Assembly (NCBI GenBank): GCA_963748625.1
Contig: CAVVJT010000010.1
Coordinates: 320,001 to 384,000, forward strand
Reading direction: 5' to 3'
Length of the DNA stretch: 64,000 bases
Source of the DNA: an uncultured Chloroflexia bacterium
GTDB lineage: Bacteria; Chloroflexota; Limnocylindria; Limnocylindrales; CSP1-4
Part shown: in pieces, positions 1 to 10,080 of the stretch
Layout of the letters: the number at the start of each line of letters is the position of its first letter
How positions within the stretch are numbered: the first letter of the stretch is position 1
Translations under genes and position numbers: made by a program
The notes under the pieces: generated by a model
Databases searched by the model: none
What the model saw: the letters and a program-made list of their open reading frames with translations, nothing else
What the model was told of the DNA's origin: nothing

Positions 1-1153
1 CGCCGCAGGCGTCGGTGACGACCTCGACGCGCACTACGACGCGATCAGCGAATCGCTCGGCGTGACCACGGCCGAGAGCGCGCTCAACGGGCCCAACGGG
101 CGGCTGGCCGCCGGCATGGACGCCCTGGGGATCCCGTGGGTGCCGATGCCCCGTTCGGTCCGCGGCTGCACCGACTGCGGGCCGTGCGCGGTGGGCTGCC
201 GGAGCGGCGCCAAGCAGTCCGTCCTGCGCGTGTCGCTCGCCGCGGCGTGCGCGAACGGGACCGAGGTCCTCGACCGGACCCGGGTCAGCAGGGTGCTCCT
301 CGAAGGTGGCAGGGCGGTCGGGGTCACGGCGGACGTCCCCGGTGGCACGATCACGGTCCGCGCGCGCCAGGTGGCGCTTGCGGGGGGCAGCATCCTCTCG
401 CCCGCCGTCCTGCTCCGGTCGGGCATCGCGCCCAACACGGCCGGGCGGGGCCTGCACATCCACCCGGTCGCCGCGATCGGCGGCGTCTACGAGGAGAGCC
501 TCTCCCCGTGGTCCGGGGCGCCGCAGACGGTGATGAGCGACCACTACGGCGAGGTCGACGGCCGGTGGGGCTTCCGCATGGAGGCGGCCCCCACCCACCC
601 CGGCCTGATCGCCTCGGGGTTCCCGTGGTGGGGCCCGGAGCACCACCGGGAGTACATGCGCCGCAGCGACAACGTCGCGGCGTTCCTCGCGATCGTGCGC
701 GATGAGAGCACCGGCCGGATCACGGCGGACAAGGGCGGCGGCGTGACGGTCCACTACGCGCCGGGTGCCCGGGAGCGCGAGCACCTGCGCCGCGCGCAGC
801 TCGAGCTGGCGAGGATTCACCGGGCGGCGGGCGCGCGACGGATCGTGCCGCTGGTGACCCCGCCCCTGGACTGGGACGAGGGCCAGCCGTTCGAGCCCTT
901 CCTCGAGCGCCTGGCAGCGCGCCCGATCGCATCGAACCGGGTGCTGCTGTTCACGGCCCACCAGATGTCGTCGTGCCGGATCGGCCACAGCCCCAAGGAC
1001 AGCGTCGCCAACCCCGACGGCCAGGTGCACGGCGTGCCGGGGCTGTGGGTCACGGATGCGTCGGCCATGCCGAGCGCGACCGGCGTCAACCCGCAGCTCT
1101 CGCTGATGGCCCTCTCGCGACGGACCGCGACGAGGATGGCCTCGGCGTCCTGA
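1..1153 (+). CDS. GMC family oxidoreductase (long-chain alcohol oxidase-like), 5'-partial
   Basis: GCTDCGPCAVGC motif, SPAVLLRSG, C-terminal FTAHQMSSCRIG and MPSATGVNPQLSLM motifs; frame runs off the left edge. Confidence 0.9.
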   Translation, partial: AAGVGDDLDAHYDAISESLGVTTAESALNGPNGRLAAGMDALGIPWVPMPRSVRGCTDCGPCAVGCRSGAKQSVLRVSLAAACANGTEVLDRTRVSRVLLEGGRAVGVTADVPGGTITVRARQVALAGGSILSPAVLLRSGIAPNTAGRGLHIHPVAAIGGVYEESLSPWSGAPQTVMSDHYGEVDGRWGFRMEAAPTHPGLIASGFPWWGPEHHREYMRRSDNVAAFLAIVRDESTGRITADKGGGVTVHYAPGAREREHLRRAQLELARIHRAAGARRIVPLVTPPLDWDEGQPFEPFLERLAARPIASNRVLLFTAHQMSSCRIGHSPKDSVANPDGQVHGVPGLWVTDASAMPSATGVNPQLSLMALSRRTATRMASAS

Positions 1154-1199
1154 GATCGGGCGGCCCTCGGCAGGGCCGTGCTCCCGCCGACGTCGGCAG

Positions 1200-1290
1200 G
1201 GCGCCCGCTCGGCAGGGCACGGCACAGGCACGACACTCACGCACGGCACGGCACGGCACACGCACGACACGGCAGGGCGCCAGCTCGACA
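1200..1290. repeat. GGCAC/GCAC low-complexity microsatellite
   Basis: Repeated ggcac units in the intergenic region. Confidence 0.6.
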
Positions 1291-1408
1291 CCCGCGCACG
1301 ATTCCACTTGACGCGAGGGCCTGCCTACGTGACCCTGCGCGGAACACCCGCGCGGCGGCCGGCACCTGTCGGCCGGTCGAGGAGGCCGCGGGCACAGGAG
1401 GTCTGTCG

Positions 1409-1894
1409 ATGCGCCCTCTCCCTGCGACCCTTGCCATGGCCCTGGCCCTCTCCCTCGCCGTGTCGGCGTGCGGAGGCGGCTCCACCGGGGATGGCGGGGC
1501 CGGCACGGGAGCCGTGGCGCCTGAGAGCATCGAGGCGCCCGTCGTGGTCGGCGAGCTTCCCGGCGTGGGCAACCTGCTCTTCGGGGCCTCCTACGATCCC
1601 GCGACACTGGGGGTCGACGCACCTGTCACGAACGTCAAGCAGGGGACGTCACCACTCATCGTGGTGGGCCGGACCATGGCGCCGGTCGATCCCACGGGTG
1701 TGACCATCCAGATCGGCCAGGGCAGCGCCGCGAAGAAGGCGCGCCCGATCCTCGCCTCCGACAAGCCCGCCGATGCGCAGCTGCTCGCGGCCGACATCGC
1801 AGCCGACAACCTCAAGCCGGGGACCTGGATCGTCAACTTCATCTCGAAGCGGGGGCGGATCCTCGCGTCGGGGTACCTCGTCGTCGACAAGTGA
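1409..1894 (+). CDS. Hypothetical lipoprotein
   Basis: AGGAGG RBS before ATG 1409; signal peptide with lipobox VSAC followed by a Gly-rich linker. Confidence 0.75.
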   Translation: MRPLPATLAMALALSLAVSACGGGSTGDGGAGTGAVAPESIEAPVVVGELPGVGNLLFGASYDPATLGVDAPVTNVKQGTSPLIVVGRTMAPVDPTGVTIQIGQGSAAKKARPILASDKPADAQLLAADIAADNLKPGTWIVNFISKRGRILASGYLVVDK

Positions 1895-1904
1895 CGCGGC
1901 GGTC

Positions 1905-1962
1905 AGGCGCCGGGCGCTGACGCCGGGCGCCGGGCGCCGGGCGCCGGGCGCTGACGCTGGGC
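1905..1962. repeat. 7-bp GGGCGCC tandem repeat
   Basis: ggcgccg repeated several times after the lipoprotein stop codon. Confidence 0.7.
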
Positions 1963-1970
1963 GAGCGGCC

Positions 1971-2024
1971 ATATCCTAGTCCGCTTGTCGGAATTTGACG
2001 GATCAAGCACGCGTGGGGCAGGAT
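1971..2024 (+). promoter_or_regulatory. Putative Rrf2 (CymR/IscR-like) operator next to a sigma70 promoter of cysE-cysK
   Basis: Imperfect palindrome ATATCCTA-N9-TCGGAATT (1971-1995); TTGACG at 1995-2000; CAGGAT at 2019-2024. Confidence 0.5.
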
Positions 2025-2031
2025 GCGTGAC

Positions 2032-2076
2032 GTGAACCTGCATCGGTGCTCCTGCGCGTGTCCCTGGCGGCTGTGA
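2032..2076 (+). CDS. Cysteine-rich leader peptide MNLHRCSCACPWRL (putative attenuator uORF)
   Basis: GTG 7 nt after the -10 hexamer (an in-frame ATG is also at 2023); three Cys codons; followed by a C-rich leader and cysE-cysK. Confidence 0.7.
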   Translation: MNLHRCSCACPWRL

Positions 2077-2239
2077 CGCCGCCGTCGCTCGCCGTGTCCC
2101 GCGTCCCCCGCGCCTGACAACCGCCCGAGCCACCGCACCGCCGACCGGCATCCCGCACGGGACCGCTGGCCCGCCGTCTCGCAGCCGCACCCCTTCGACC
2201 GCCCTCCGGTGGTCCGACCCTGCCCGCTACCGGTGCCCT

Positions 2240-3127
2240 ATGTCATCCCGTCGCTCCCCCAACCCGTCCGCCCTCGACGTTCCGCATCCCTCGGACCTCC
2301 TGTCCCTCGCCGCGCACATCGCCGAGGACGAGGAGGCCTTCCACGGCCTCCTCCCAGACCGCTCGCTCGTCGCGCACTTCGTGGACGGCGTGGTCTCCCT
2401 GCTCTTCCCTGACGGCCGCCAGGCGCCACGGACCCCGACCGGCATCCGTGCCGAGCTCGAGGCACGGTGCCGTGCCCTGACCCCCGTCCTCGCCCCGCTC
2501 CGCGACCGCATTCCGGCCTCGCCCGACGACCTCGCCGAGAAGTTCCTGGACATGCTCCCGGCCATCCACGAGGCACTGAGCCTTGACGCCGAGGCCATCG
2601 AGGCCGGCGACCCCGCAGCCCACGGCACTGCAGAGGTGGTCCTCGCCTACCCGGGCTTCCAGGCGCTCGCCTACTACCGGGTCGCCCATGCCCTGCATCT
2701 CGAGGGGATCCCGCTCGTCCCGCGGATGATCTCCGAGATCGCGCATGGCCGGACCGGCGTGGACATCCACCCGGCGGCCTCGATCGGGCGCAGCTGCTGC
2801 ATCGACCACGGGACCGGTGTCGTCATCGGTGAGACGGCGATCATCGGCAACGACGTCAAGCTCTACCAGGGCGTCACGCTGGGCGCGCTGTCGGTGAGCA
2901 AGCAGGCGTCCGGGACCAAGCGCCACCCGACCATCGAGGACCGCGTCGTCATCTACGCCAACGCGACCGTCCTGGGCGGCGACACCGTCGTCGGCTCCGA
3001 CTCGGTCATCGGCGGCAACGTCTGGCTGACCCACTCGGTGCCCCCCAACTCGCTCGTCTACCACCAGAGCCAGGTCAAGGTGCGAACCGTGACCGAGATG
3101 GCCGACCCCATCGACTTCGTGATCTGA
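2240..3127 (+). CDS. cysE: Serine O-acetyltransferase (CysE/EpsC type)
   Basis: [39 protein letters not shown] hexapeptide motifs; adjacent to cysK. Confidence 0.93.
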   Translation: MSSRRSPNPSALDVPHPSDLLSLAAHIAEDEEAFHGLLPDRSLVAHFVDGVVSLLFPDGRQAPRTPTGIRAELEARCRALTPVLAPLRDRIPASPDDLAEKFLDMLPAIHEALSLDAEAIEAGDPAAHGTAEVVLAYPGFQALAYYRVAHALHLEGIPLVPRMISEIAHGRTGVDIHPAASIGRSCCIDHGTGVVIGETAIIGNDVKLYQGVTLGALSVSKQASGTKRHPTIEDRVVIYANATVLGGDTVVGSDSVIGGNVWLTHSVPPNSLVYHQSQVKVRTVTEMADPIDFVI

Positions 3128-3140
3128 GAGGGAGTCCAAC

Positions 3141-4055
3141 GTGCTCTACAACAGCGTCCTGGAGCTCATCGGCAACACGCCGCACGTCCGCATCAACAAG
3201 CTCTACGACCCCCGGGTGACCGTATACGCGAAGCTGGAGCGCCAGAACCCGGGCGGGTCGATCAAGGACCGCATCGGCCTCTCGATGATCGAGGACGCCG
3301 AGGCGGCAGGGATCCTGGGCCCGGACTCGGTGATCGTGGAGCCGACCTCGGGCAACACGGGTATCGGCCTCGCGCTCGTGGCGGCCGTGAAGGGCTACCG
3401 GCTGATCCTCGTGATGCCGGAGTCGATGTCAATCGAGCGCCGCAAGCTCATGCAGCTGTACGGCGCGGAGCTCGACCTCACGCCGCGCGAGCTGGGCATG
3501 AAGGGCGCGATCGCCCGCGCCAGGGAGATCGTCGAGGCAACGCCCGGGGCCTGGCTGCCGATGCAGTTCGAGAACCCGTCCAACCCCGCCGTCCACCGCC
3601 GGACCACCGCCGAGGAGATCGCGACCGACTTCCCCGACGGCCTGGACTACATCGTGACGGGCGTCGGCACAGGCGGCCACATCACCGGCGTCGCCGAGGT
3701 GCTCAAGGAGCGCTGGCCGAACCTGAAGGTGTACGCGGTGGAGCCGACGCTCTCGCCGGTGCTCTCCGGCGGCGCGCCGTCCCCGCACCCGATCCAGGGC
3801 ATCGGGGCCGGGTTCGTCCCCGCCGTCATGCGCACCGAGCTGCTGGACGGGATCATCCAGGTGGCCCCGCCCGACGCGTTCGCGTGGGCCCGCCGCTCGG
3901 CCGCCGAGGAAGGCATCCTGGTGGGGATCTCGTCGGGCGCGTCGCTCGCCGCGGTTGCCCAGCTGCTGCCCGAGGTCCCCGACGGCGCGCGGATCCTGGC
4001 CTTCACCTACGACACCGGCGAGCGCTACCTCTCGGTGGACGCGCTCTTCGCCTGA
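3141..4055 (+). CDS. cysK: Cysteine synthase A
   Basis: [17 protein letters not shown] lysine, [26 protein letters not shown]. Confidence 0.96.
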   Translation: MLYNSVLELIGNTPHVRINKLYDPRVTVYAKLERQNPGGSIKDRIGLSMIEDAEAAGILGPDSVIVEPTSGNTGIGLALVAAVKGYRLILVMPESMSIERRKLMQLYGAELDLTPRELGMKGAIARAREIVEATPGAWLPMQFENPSNPAVHRRTTAEEIATDFPDGLDYIVTGVGTGGHITGVAEVLKERWPNLKVYAVEPTLSPVLSGGAPSPHPIQGIGAGFVPAVMRTELLDGIIQVAPPDAFAWARRSAAEEGILVGISSGASLAAVAQLLPEVPDGARILAFTYDTGERYLSVDALFA

Positions 4056-4217
4056 TCCGCCGACACCGCCACCGGCACCCGCACCGGTACCTTCGTTCGG
4101 GGGTCCCGGCCTTCCGGGTCGTGTCGCCAAAACGCACCATGGACCACCATCGTCCTCGCCGGGGAGAGGCACCGCGTCGTCACTCGTGCGATGCGCCAGC
4201 GTCAAGGAGTTGGAACC

Positions 4218-4697
4218 GTGGTGGGGAGCTTGCCCGTCCCCACGGGCTGGGATGATCCGCTCACCGGCCTCGAAGGGCCAGACTTCTGGCAGCGCGTGCT
4301 CGTGTCGGAGACCGCGCGCGCGTATCGCTACAAGCGGTCGCTGACCGTCGTCCTGATCGAGCTCGCCGGGCTCGAGCGCCTCGAGGAGGCATGGGGCATC
4401 GACCTCACCCGGCACGCCGTCCGCGAGGCGGCCCAGTGCCTGCGGCGGACCTCGCGCACAAGCGACTACTGCACCCGGATCGGCACGGGCCTGTTCGGCG
4501 TGATCCTGACCGAGACCGATGAGATCGCAGCGATCAACTTCGTGGAGCGCGTCCGCGAGGCCGGCCCCCAATCGATGCCGCGAGGTGGCGATCGGCTGCA
4601 GTTCCGGCTCGGCTGGGCGAGCCCCAGGTCGGGGGAGTCCGCCGATGCACTGGTCCGGCGGACACACGACCGCCTGGCCGCCGACGTGGCGGTCTGA
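4218..4697 (+). CDS. Stand-alone degenerate GGDEF-domain protein
   Basis: DPLTGL start motif; RTSD-x5-GTGLF replaces RxxD-x5-GGDEF; AGGAG RBS before GTG 4218. Confidence 0.8.
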   Translation: MVGSLPVPTGWDDPLTGLEGPDFWQRVLVSETARAYRYKRSLTVVLIELAGLERLEEAWGIDLTRHAVREAAQCLRRTSRTSDYCTRIGTGLFGVILTETDEIAAINFVERVREAGPQSMPRGGDRLQFRLGWASPRSGESADALVRRTHDRLAADVAV

Positions 4698-4748
4698 TCA
4701 TCGACGTGGCAGTCTGACCGGGCAACCCCGCCCAGCCCGGAGCCTCCC

Positions 4749-5327
4749 CTGGAAGCCTTCATCCTCTCGTTCGGCGTGATCTTCATCGCGGAGCTCGGCG
4801 ACAAGAGCCAGCTCATGGCGCTCGCGTTCGCCACGCGCTACCGGCCGCTGGTCGTGCTGGCCGCCGTGACCCTGGCGACCCTGCTCGTCCACCTGGGGTC
4901 GGTGGTGCTGGGCAAGGCCTTCGCGCTCGTGCTGCCGGTCGGGCTCATGAACGTGCTGGCCGGCATCGCGTTCCTGGTGTTCGCCGCGTGGACGATCCGC
5001 GGTGACAGCCTCGACGCCCGCGACGAGGACCGGGCGCGCCGGGGCGGACGCTGGGCGCTGCTCACGATCGGCACGGCGTTCTTCCTCGCGGAGCTCGGGG
5101 ACAAGACGATGCTCGCAACGATCACCCTCGCGACGACCAACGACGGGCTGGGCACGTGGCTCGGCTCCACGGCCGGCATGGTGGCTGCCGATGCGCTTGC
5201 CATCGGCATCGGTGCCGTGCTCGGCACGCGGCTCCCGGAGCGGACCATCAAGATCTTCGCCGCCGTGCTGTTCCTCCTGTTCGGCTTGCTGCTGATCGCG
5301 CAGGGTCTCGGATGGATACGGTTCTGA
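4749..5327 (+). CDS. TMEM165/GDT1 (UPF0016) Mn/Ca transporter
   Basis: Two ELGDK(S/T) motifs; family-like N-terminus extends to CTG 4749, first GTG is at 4776. Confidence 0.9.
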   Translation: MEAFILSFGVIFIAELGDKSQLMALAFATRYRPLVVLAAVTLATLLVHLGSVVLGKAFALVLPVGLMNVLAGIAFLVFAAWTIRGDSLDARDEDRARRGGRWALLTIGTAFFLAELGDKTMLATITLATTNDGLGTWLGSTAGMVAADALAIGIGAVLGTRLPERTIKIFAAVLFLLFGLLLIAQGLGWIRF

Positions 5328-5346
5328 GTCCCGGGCCGCAGCGGCC

Positions 5347-6147
5347 GTGATCCACCTCACCGAGGCGCGCCTCGTGCCGCCGCGTGACGCCACGGGCTTC
5401 CCGTTCGACCTGCCGGTCGTGCGCTCGATCGAGCGCCTGCGGTTCACGGCCCCGGTGACGATGCTCGTGGGCGAGAACGGCTCGGGCAAGAGCACGGTGC
5501 TCGAGGCCCTCGCAATCGCGGCGAAGGCGATCACCGCAGGCTCGGCCGAGGCGGCGGACGACGCCACGCTCGACCGGGTGCGTGCGCTCGCGGGGGCCTT
5601 CAAGCTTGCCTGGACCTCGCGCACCCACCGCGGGTTCTTCCTGCGCGCCGAGGACTTCTTCGGGTTCGCCAAGCGGACCACGGCGCTGCGGGCGGAGCTC
5701 GAGGCGGGGCTGGCGGCCGTGGACAAGGAGTACGAGGGTCGCCCGGGTCTCGCCCATGATCTCGCGCGCACGCCCTACCTGCGCGAGCTGGGCGACCTGG
5801 AGCGCCGCTACGGCGAGGGCCTCGACGCCGGCTCCCACGGCGAGGCGTTCCTGCGCTTCTTCGCCGCACGTCTCGTGCCAGGCGGCATCTACTTCCTCGA
5901 CGAGCCGGAAGCCCCGCTCTCGCCGGGCCGGCAGCTGGCGCTCCTGGTCCTGCTGCGCGAGATGGTCGACCAGGACTGCCAGCTGGTCGTGGCGACCCAC
6001 TCCCCCATCCTGCTCGCGCTGCCCGGCGCCGAGATCTGGTCGTTCGACAGCGCCCCGCCGCGGGTCGCGCGCTGGGAGGACCTGGAGCACGTGCGGCTCA
6101 CGCGGGACTTCCTGGCCAACCCGGAGGCGTTCCTGCGCCACCTGTAG
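5347..6147 (+). CDS. AAA/ABC-like ATPase (COG3910 type)
   Basis: GENGSGKST, GFFLRAE, SHGEAF, LDEPEAPLSP, ATHSPILL. Confidence 0.9.
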   Translation: MIHLTEARLVPPRDATGFPFDLPVVRSIERLRFTAPVTMLVGENGSGKSTVLEALAIAAKAITAGSAEAADDATLDRVRALAGAFKLAWTSRTHRGFFLRAEDFFGFAKRTTALRAELEAGLAAVDKEYEGRPGLAHDLARTPYLRELGDLERRYGEGLDAGSHGEAFLRFFAARLVPGGIYFLDEPEAPLSPGRQLALLVLLREMVDQDCQLVVATHSPILLALPGAEIWSFDSAPPRVARWEDLEHVRLTRDFLANPEAFLRHL

Positions 6148-6198
6148 CGAGGTACGCTGATCGCCGCCGGCGTCGCCGATTGCCGGACAGGACTGGAG

Positions 6199-7503
6199 GT
6201 GGCATCGGTGGTGCAGTCCGAGGACCCCGCGCCCGGGGCGCGCTTCGGCGTCCATTCCGAGGTGGGCCGCCTGCGGCGCGTCATGGTCCACCACCCGGAC
6301 CTCGAGCTCAAGCGTCTCACGCCCGCCAACCACGATGAGCTGCTGTTCGACGACGTGCTCTGGGTCCGCCGGGCGCGCCGCCAGCACGATGCCTTCGTGG
6401 AGATCCTGGAGGACCACGGCGTGGAGGTGCTCCACCTCGAGCAACTCCTGGCCGAGGCGCTTGCCGACGCGGAGGGCCGGGCCTGGGTGCTCGATCGCGC
6501 CGTCTCCGACTTCACGGTGGGCGCGGGCATGGCCGACGAGGTGCGCGCCTACCTCGACGAGGTGGCCCCCGCGACGCTGGCCGATCACCTGATCGGGGGT
6601 CTCACGGCGCGCGAGGCCTTCGCGCTCCTGCACGGGCGGGCGGGCGCCACCGGCGCTGAGGCGATCCGCCGCGGGTCCCTCGTCGTGTCCGCGATGGCTG
6701 ACGACGACTTCGTGCTGCGCCCGCTGCCCAACAGCTACTTCACGCGCGACCCGTCCGCCTGGATCTACGGCGGCGTGGTGGTCAACCCGATGTACTGGCC
6801 CGCGCGGCGTCTCGAGGCGCTCAACACCGAGGCGATCTACCGCTTCCACCCGGACTTCCGCGATGGCGACTTCTCGTTCTGGTACTCCCGCGAACAGGAG
6901 GGCGAGGACTTCGGCCGGGCCAGCGCCGAGGGCGGCGACATCATGCCCATCGGCAACCGCACGGTCGCCATCGGCATGAGCGAGCGGACGACGGGTCAGA
7001 TGATCGAGGAGATCGCGCTCTCGCTGTTCCGGGCCGGTGCCGCGGATCGCGTGATCGCAGCGGGCATGACCCGGAACCGGGGCCACATGCACCTCGACAC
7101 GGTGTTCACCTTCGTGGACCGCGACTGCGTCACGCTGTACCCCACGGTGGTGGACGCCATCGCCGCGTGGTCGCTGCGGCCGGCCGACCGGGAGGGCGAG
7201 CTCGACGTCCGTCGCGAGCCGTCCTTCCTGGGCGCGGTGCAGGACGCCCTCGGCCTCCCTGGGCTACGGGTCATCGGGACCGGCGGCAATTCCTGGCAGG
7301 CCGCCCGCGAGCAGTGGGATGACGGCAACAACCTGGTCGCGCTCGAGCCCGGCGTCGTGATCGCCTATGAGCGCAACGAGTACACCAACGACCTGCTCCA
7401 CCAGGCCGGCATCGAGGTGCTGGCCATCGACGGCTCGGAGCTGGGACGAGGCCGCGGGGGCGGCCACTGCATGACCTGTCCGATCCTGCGGGACCCGGCC
7501 TGA
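6199..7503 (+). CDS. arcA: Arginine deiminase
   Basis: [51 protein letters not shown]. Confidence 0.96.
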   Translation: MASVVQSEDPAPGARFGVHSEVGRLRRVMVHHPDLELKRLTPANHDELLFDDVLWVRRARRQHDAFVEILEDHGVEVLHLEQLLAEALADAEGRAWVLDRAVSDFTVGAGMADEVRAYLDEVAPATLADHLIGGLTAREAFALLHGRAGATGAEAIRRGSLVVSAMADDDFVLRPLPNSYFTRDPSAWIYGGVVVNPMYWPARRLEALNTEAIYRFHPDFRDGDFSFWYSREQEGEDFGRASAEGGDIMPIGNRTVAIGMSERTTGQMIEEIALSLFRAGAADRVIAAGMTRNRGHMHLDTVFTFVDRDCVTLYPTVVDAIAAWSLRPADREGELDVRREPSFLGAVQDALGLPGLRVIGTGGNSWQAAREQWDDGNNLVALEPGVVIAYERNEYTNDLLHQAGIEVLAIDGSELGRGRGGGHCMTCPILRDPA

Positions 7504-7508
7504 CGGGC

Positions 7509-7533
7509 GGGCGGTCGCTATCGAGCGACCGCC
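7509..7533. terminator. Hairpin between convergent genes
   Basis: GGCGGTCGCT-ATCG-AGCGACCGCC inverted repeat. Confidence 0.55.
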
Positions 7534-7569
7534 GGTAGGGATCCGGCGCGGGCGATGGGCGCCGGTCGT

Positions 7570-8963
7570 TCAGTGCGAGGCGATCCGCTCGGCCAGGCTC
7601 TTCCCGGTCGGCGGCTCGCCGGTGCGGGCGATCCTGTCGTCAAGGCGTCCGAGCGCCCACTGCGCGTACCGGATGCCGAGGGCACGGAACGGTTCCGGCT
7701 CCCAGCTCGTCGAGCGGTGGTTGACGACGGGCAGCGTGGTGAGCTCGCTTCGGGTGCCCGTGATCAGGTCGGTGAGCACCCGCCCGCCCAGGTTGGTGGT
7801 GGACACCCCGTGGCCGATGTAGCCGCGCGACGTCGCGATGCCGCTCACCGGGTCGTAGGCCATGGTCGGGTGCCAGTCGCGCGGCATGCCCAGCGGACCG
7901 CCCCAGGCGTGCGTGAAGCCGATGTCGCCCACCGCCGGGAACCACTCGCGCACGAAGCCGCGCAGCCGCTCGTGCGTGGCGTCATGGCGGTCGTACTCGG
8001 GCCTGATCCGGCCCCCCAGGCGGTACGGGGCACCGCGGCCGCCGAACAGGATGCGTCCATCCTCGGTCCGCGAGAGGTAGTCCACAGACAGACGCGTGGA
8101 CGCGACCAGCTCCCGGTTGCGCCAGCCGATCTCCGCCCAGGCGTCGTCCGGCACGGGCTCCGTCAGGACGATCAGCGAGTAGATCGGGCGTGAGCTGGCG
8201 GCGCATGCCGGGCAGCTCGGTGAGCCAGGCCTCGCCGGCCAGGACGACCACCGGGGCGCGCACCTCGCCGCGGTCCGTGACCAGGGCCGCACGCCCGGTG
8301 GCGTCCTTCGGGCGGACGCCGGTCACGCCGGTCCCCTCGTGCATCGTCACCCCCAGCCGCTCCACCGCCCGGGCGAGGCCGCGGGTGAGGCGCCCGGGAT
8401 GGACCACGGCCGCATCCTCGGTGACGAGGGCCTTCACGGCACCCGCGATGCGGACGCGCTCCGCGAGCTCCGACCCCTCCATGAGTCGGTAGCGGTCACC
8501 GAAGCCGAAGCGCCGGTACTCGGCAAGGCCCTCCTCGAGGGACGGCACCCCTTGCGGACCGCGCGCGACCAGCACCTCGCCACCACGGTGGAAGCCCGCG
8601 TCGATCCCAGCCTCCACACAGGCCCGGCCCACCTCGTCCACGGCGTCGTACGTGGCCTGCTGCATCCGGCGGGCGGCGTCCGTCCCGTGCAGTCGCTCGA
8701 GGCGCGACATGGAGATGTTGAGATCCGGGGCGCACCAGGCGCCGTTGCGGCCGGAGGCCCCGAATCCCGCGATCTCCCGCTCGACGACCACGATCCGCAG
8801 CGAGGGGTCGCGCTGGGCGAGGTAGTAGCGCCGTCCACAGCCCGGTCATGCCTGCACCCAGGATCGCCACGTCGGCGTCCACGGAGCCGTCGAGCGGCGG
8901 ACGCGGCGTCAGGTCGTCGCGGGAGGTCTCGAGCCAATAGGAGATGGCGGCCGCATCGGTCAT
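7570..8963 (-). CDS. FAD-dependent oxidoreductase (PuuB/DadA family), two frameshifts (~8825, ~8190)
   Basis: ISYW..DVAILGAGMTGLWTA, GASGRNG, LFGGRGAPY, GHGVSTTNLGG spread over three frames. Confidence 0.85.
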
Positions 8964-9095
8964 GTCCGGATCGTACGGTGGCGCACGGCCGCCCGCCTGC
9001 CCGTTGCAGGTGGGGCAACCACCCGCGCGGCATCCTGAGCGCGTCCCGTCCGGCCACGGTAGGGTTGTCGCAATCAATCCGACCCCGAGGTACCG

Positions 9096-9444
9096 ATGAG
9101 CACCCCCACCACCTTCAGCGAGCTGTTCCGCTCGCTCGACCTGACCCTGACCATCCGCTCGCTCGCCGACGAGGACGAGGCCTGGGCCTGCACCCTCACC
9201 CGCCCTGACGGCAAGACCTACGAGATCGACTCGGTGTCGTTCTTCGACGTGGACCCGGACACGGGGACGAGTGGATCGTCGAGCCCACCCCGAGCCGCGT
9301 CCTGTCGGTGCTCGCCGGCGGCGACGTCGAAGACGAGGAGGGCGAGGACGCGGGGAACGATACCGAGGCCGCCGCGCGGGCAGTTCCTCGGTGATGCCGC
9401 GTACGAGCTGCTGCTGCAAGCTCGACGAGGAGGGCGCCGAGTAG
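9096..9444 (+). CDS. Small acidic hypothetical protein, frameshifted
   Basis: GAGG RBS and ATG; coding-like codon usage continues across frames to TAG 9442-9444. Confidence 0.5.
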
Positions 9445-9589
9445 GCGTCGCACGCCGATCTCCACGATCGACGAGGCCGGGGCCCGCAGGGACTCCGGCC
9501 TCGTGATTCTGTGGGGATCCGGCGACGCCGGGCGACGGGCGTGCAGCCGCCGGAGACGTGCGACCGGCTCAGGAGACGGCGGCGGCGGC

Positions 9590-9869
9590 TCAGCCGACGG
9601 CGGCGATGCCAGTCGCGGCGGCCATCTCGGAGTGGCTCGGCTCCACCAGGATCGTCCCGTCCGGGAAGCACCACGATCGGGATCGCGAGGTAGCCGGCGT
9701 CGGCCAGACGGCGCTTGAGCTCGGGATCGGCGTCACGGTCGATCCAGCTGTAGGCACGCCCGTTCGCGTCGAGCCAGCGCTTGGTGCGCCGGCAGTCGCC
9801 GCACCAGTCGGCGCCGTACACGGTCAGGACATCGACGTTGAAGAGGTCATCGGGAGCAGCGGTGGTCAT
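9590..9869 (-). CDS. Glutaredoxin/mycoredoxin-like protein, one frameshift (~9665)
   Basis: VYGADWCGDCRRTK and IPIVVLP..TILVEPS; TATCCT 7 nt before ATG. Confidence 0.85.
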
Positions 9870-9902
9870 GGCATCGAGGATACCGGGAGCCCTGGATGCG
9901 CA

Positions 9903-9954
9903 TCGTGGTCGCGTCCCGGTGCACCGTGGCCGCGTCCCGGTGCACCGTGGCCGC
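9903..9954. repeat. 21-bp tandem repeat (~2.5 copies)
   Basis: gtgg(t/c)cgcgtcccggtgcacc repeated. Confidence 0.7.
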
Positions 9955-10080
9955 TGTCCCGTTGTGGCACCGCCGCCGCTTCGTTGCGCACCGCCGCCGT
10001 CGCTGTCACCGGCCCGCAACCCGCCTGGTTGTGTAGAGTCCATCTCGCGCCCCGCTATCTCCTCCTCCGAGGTCAGTCCC

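Noticed and set aside
4698-4775. yybP-ykoY riboswitch before the GDT1 transporter
   Set aside because: Intergenic space is only ~50 nt and the GGGGAGUA motif is missing.
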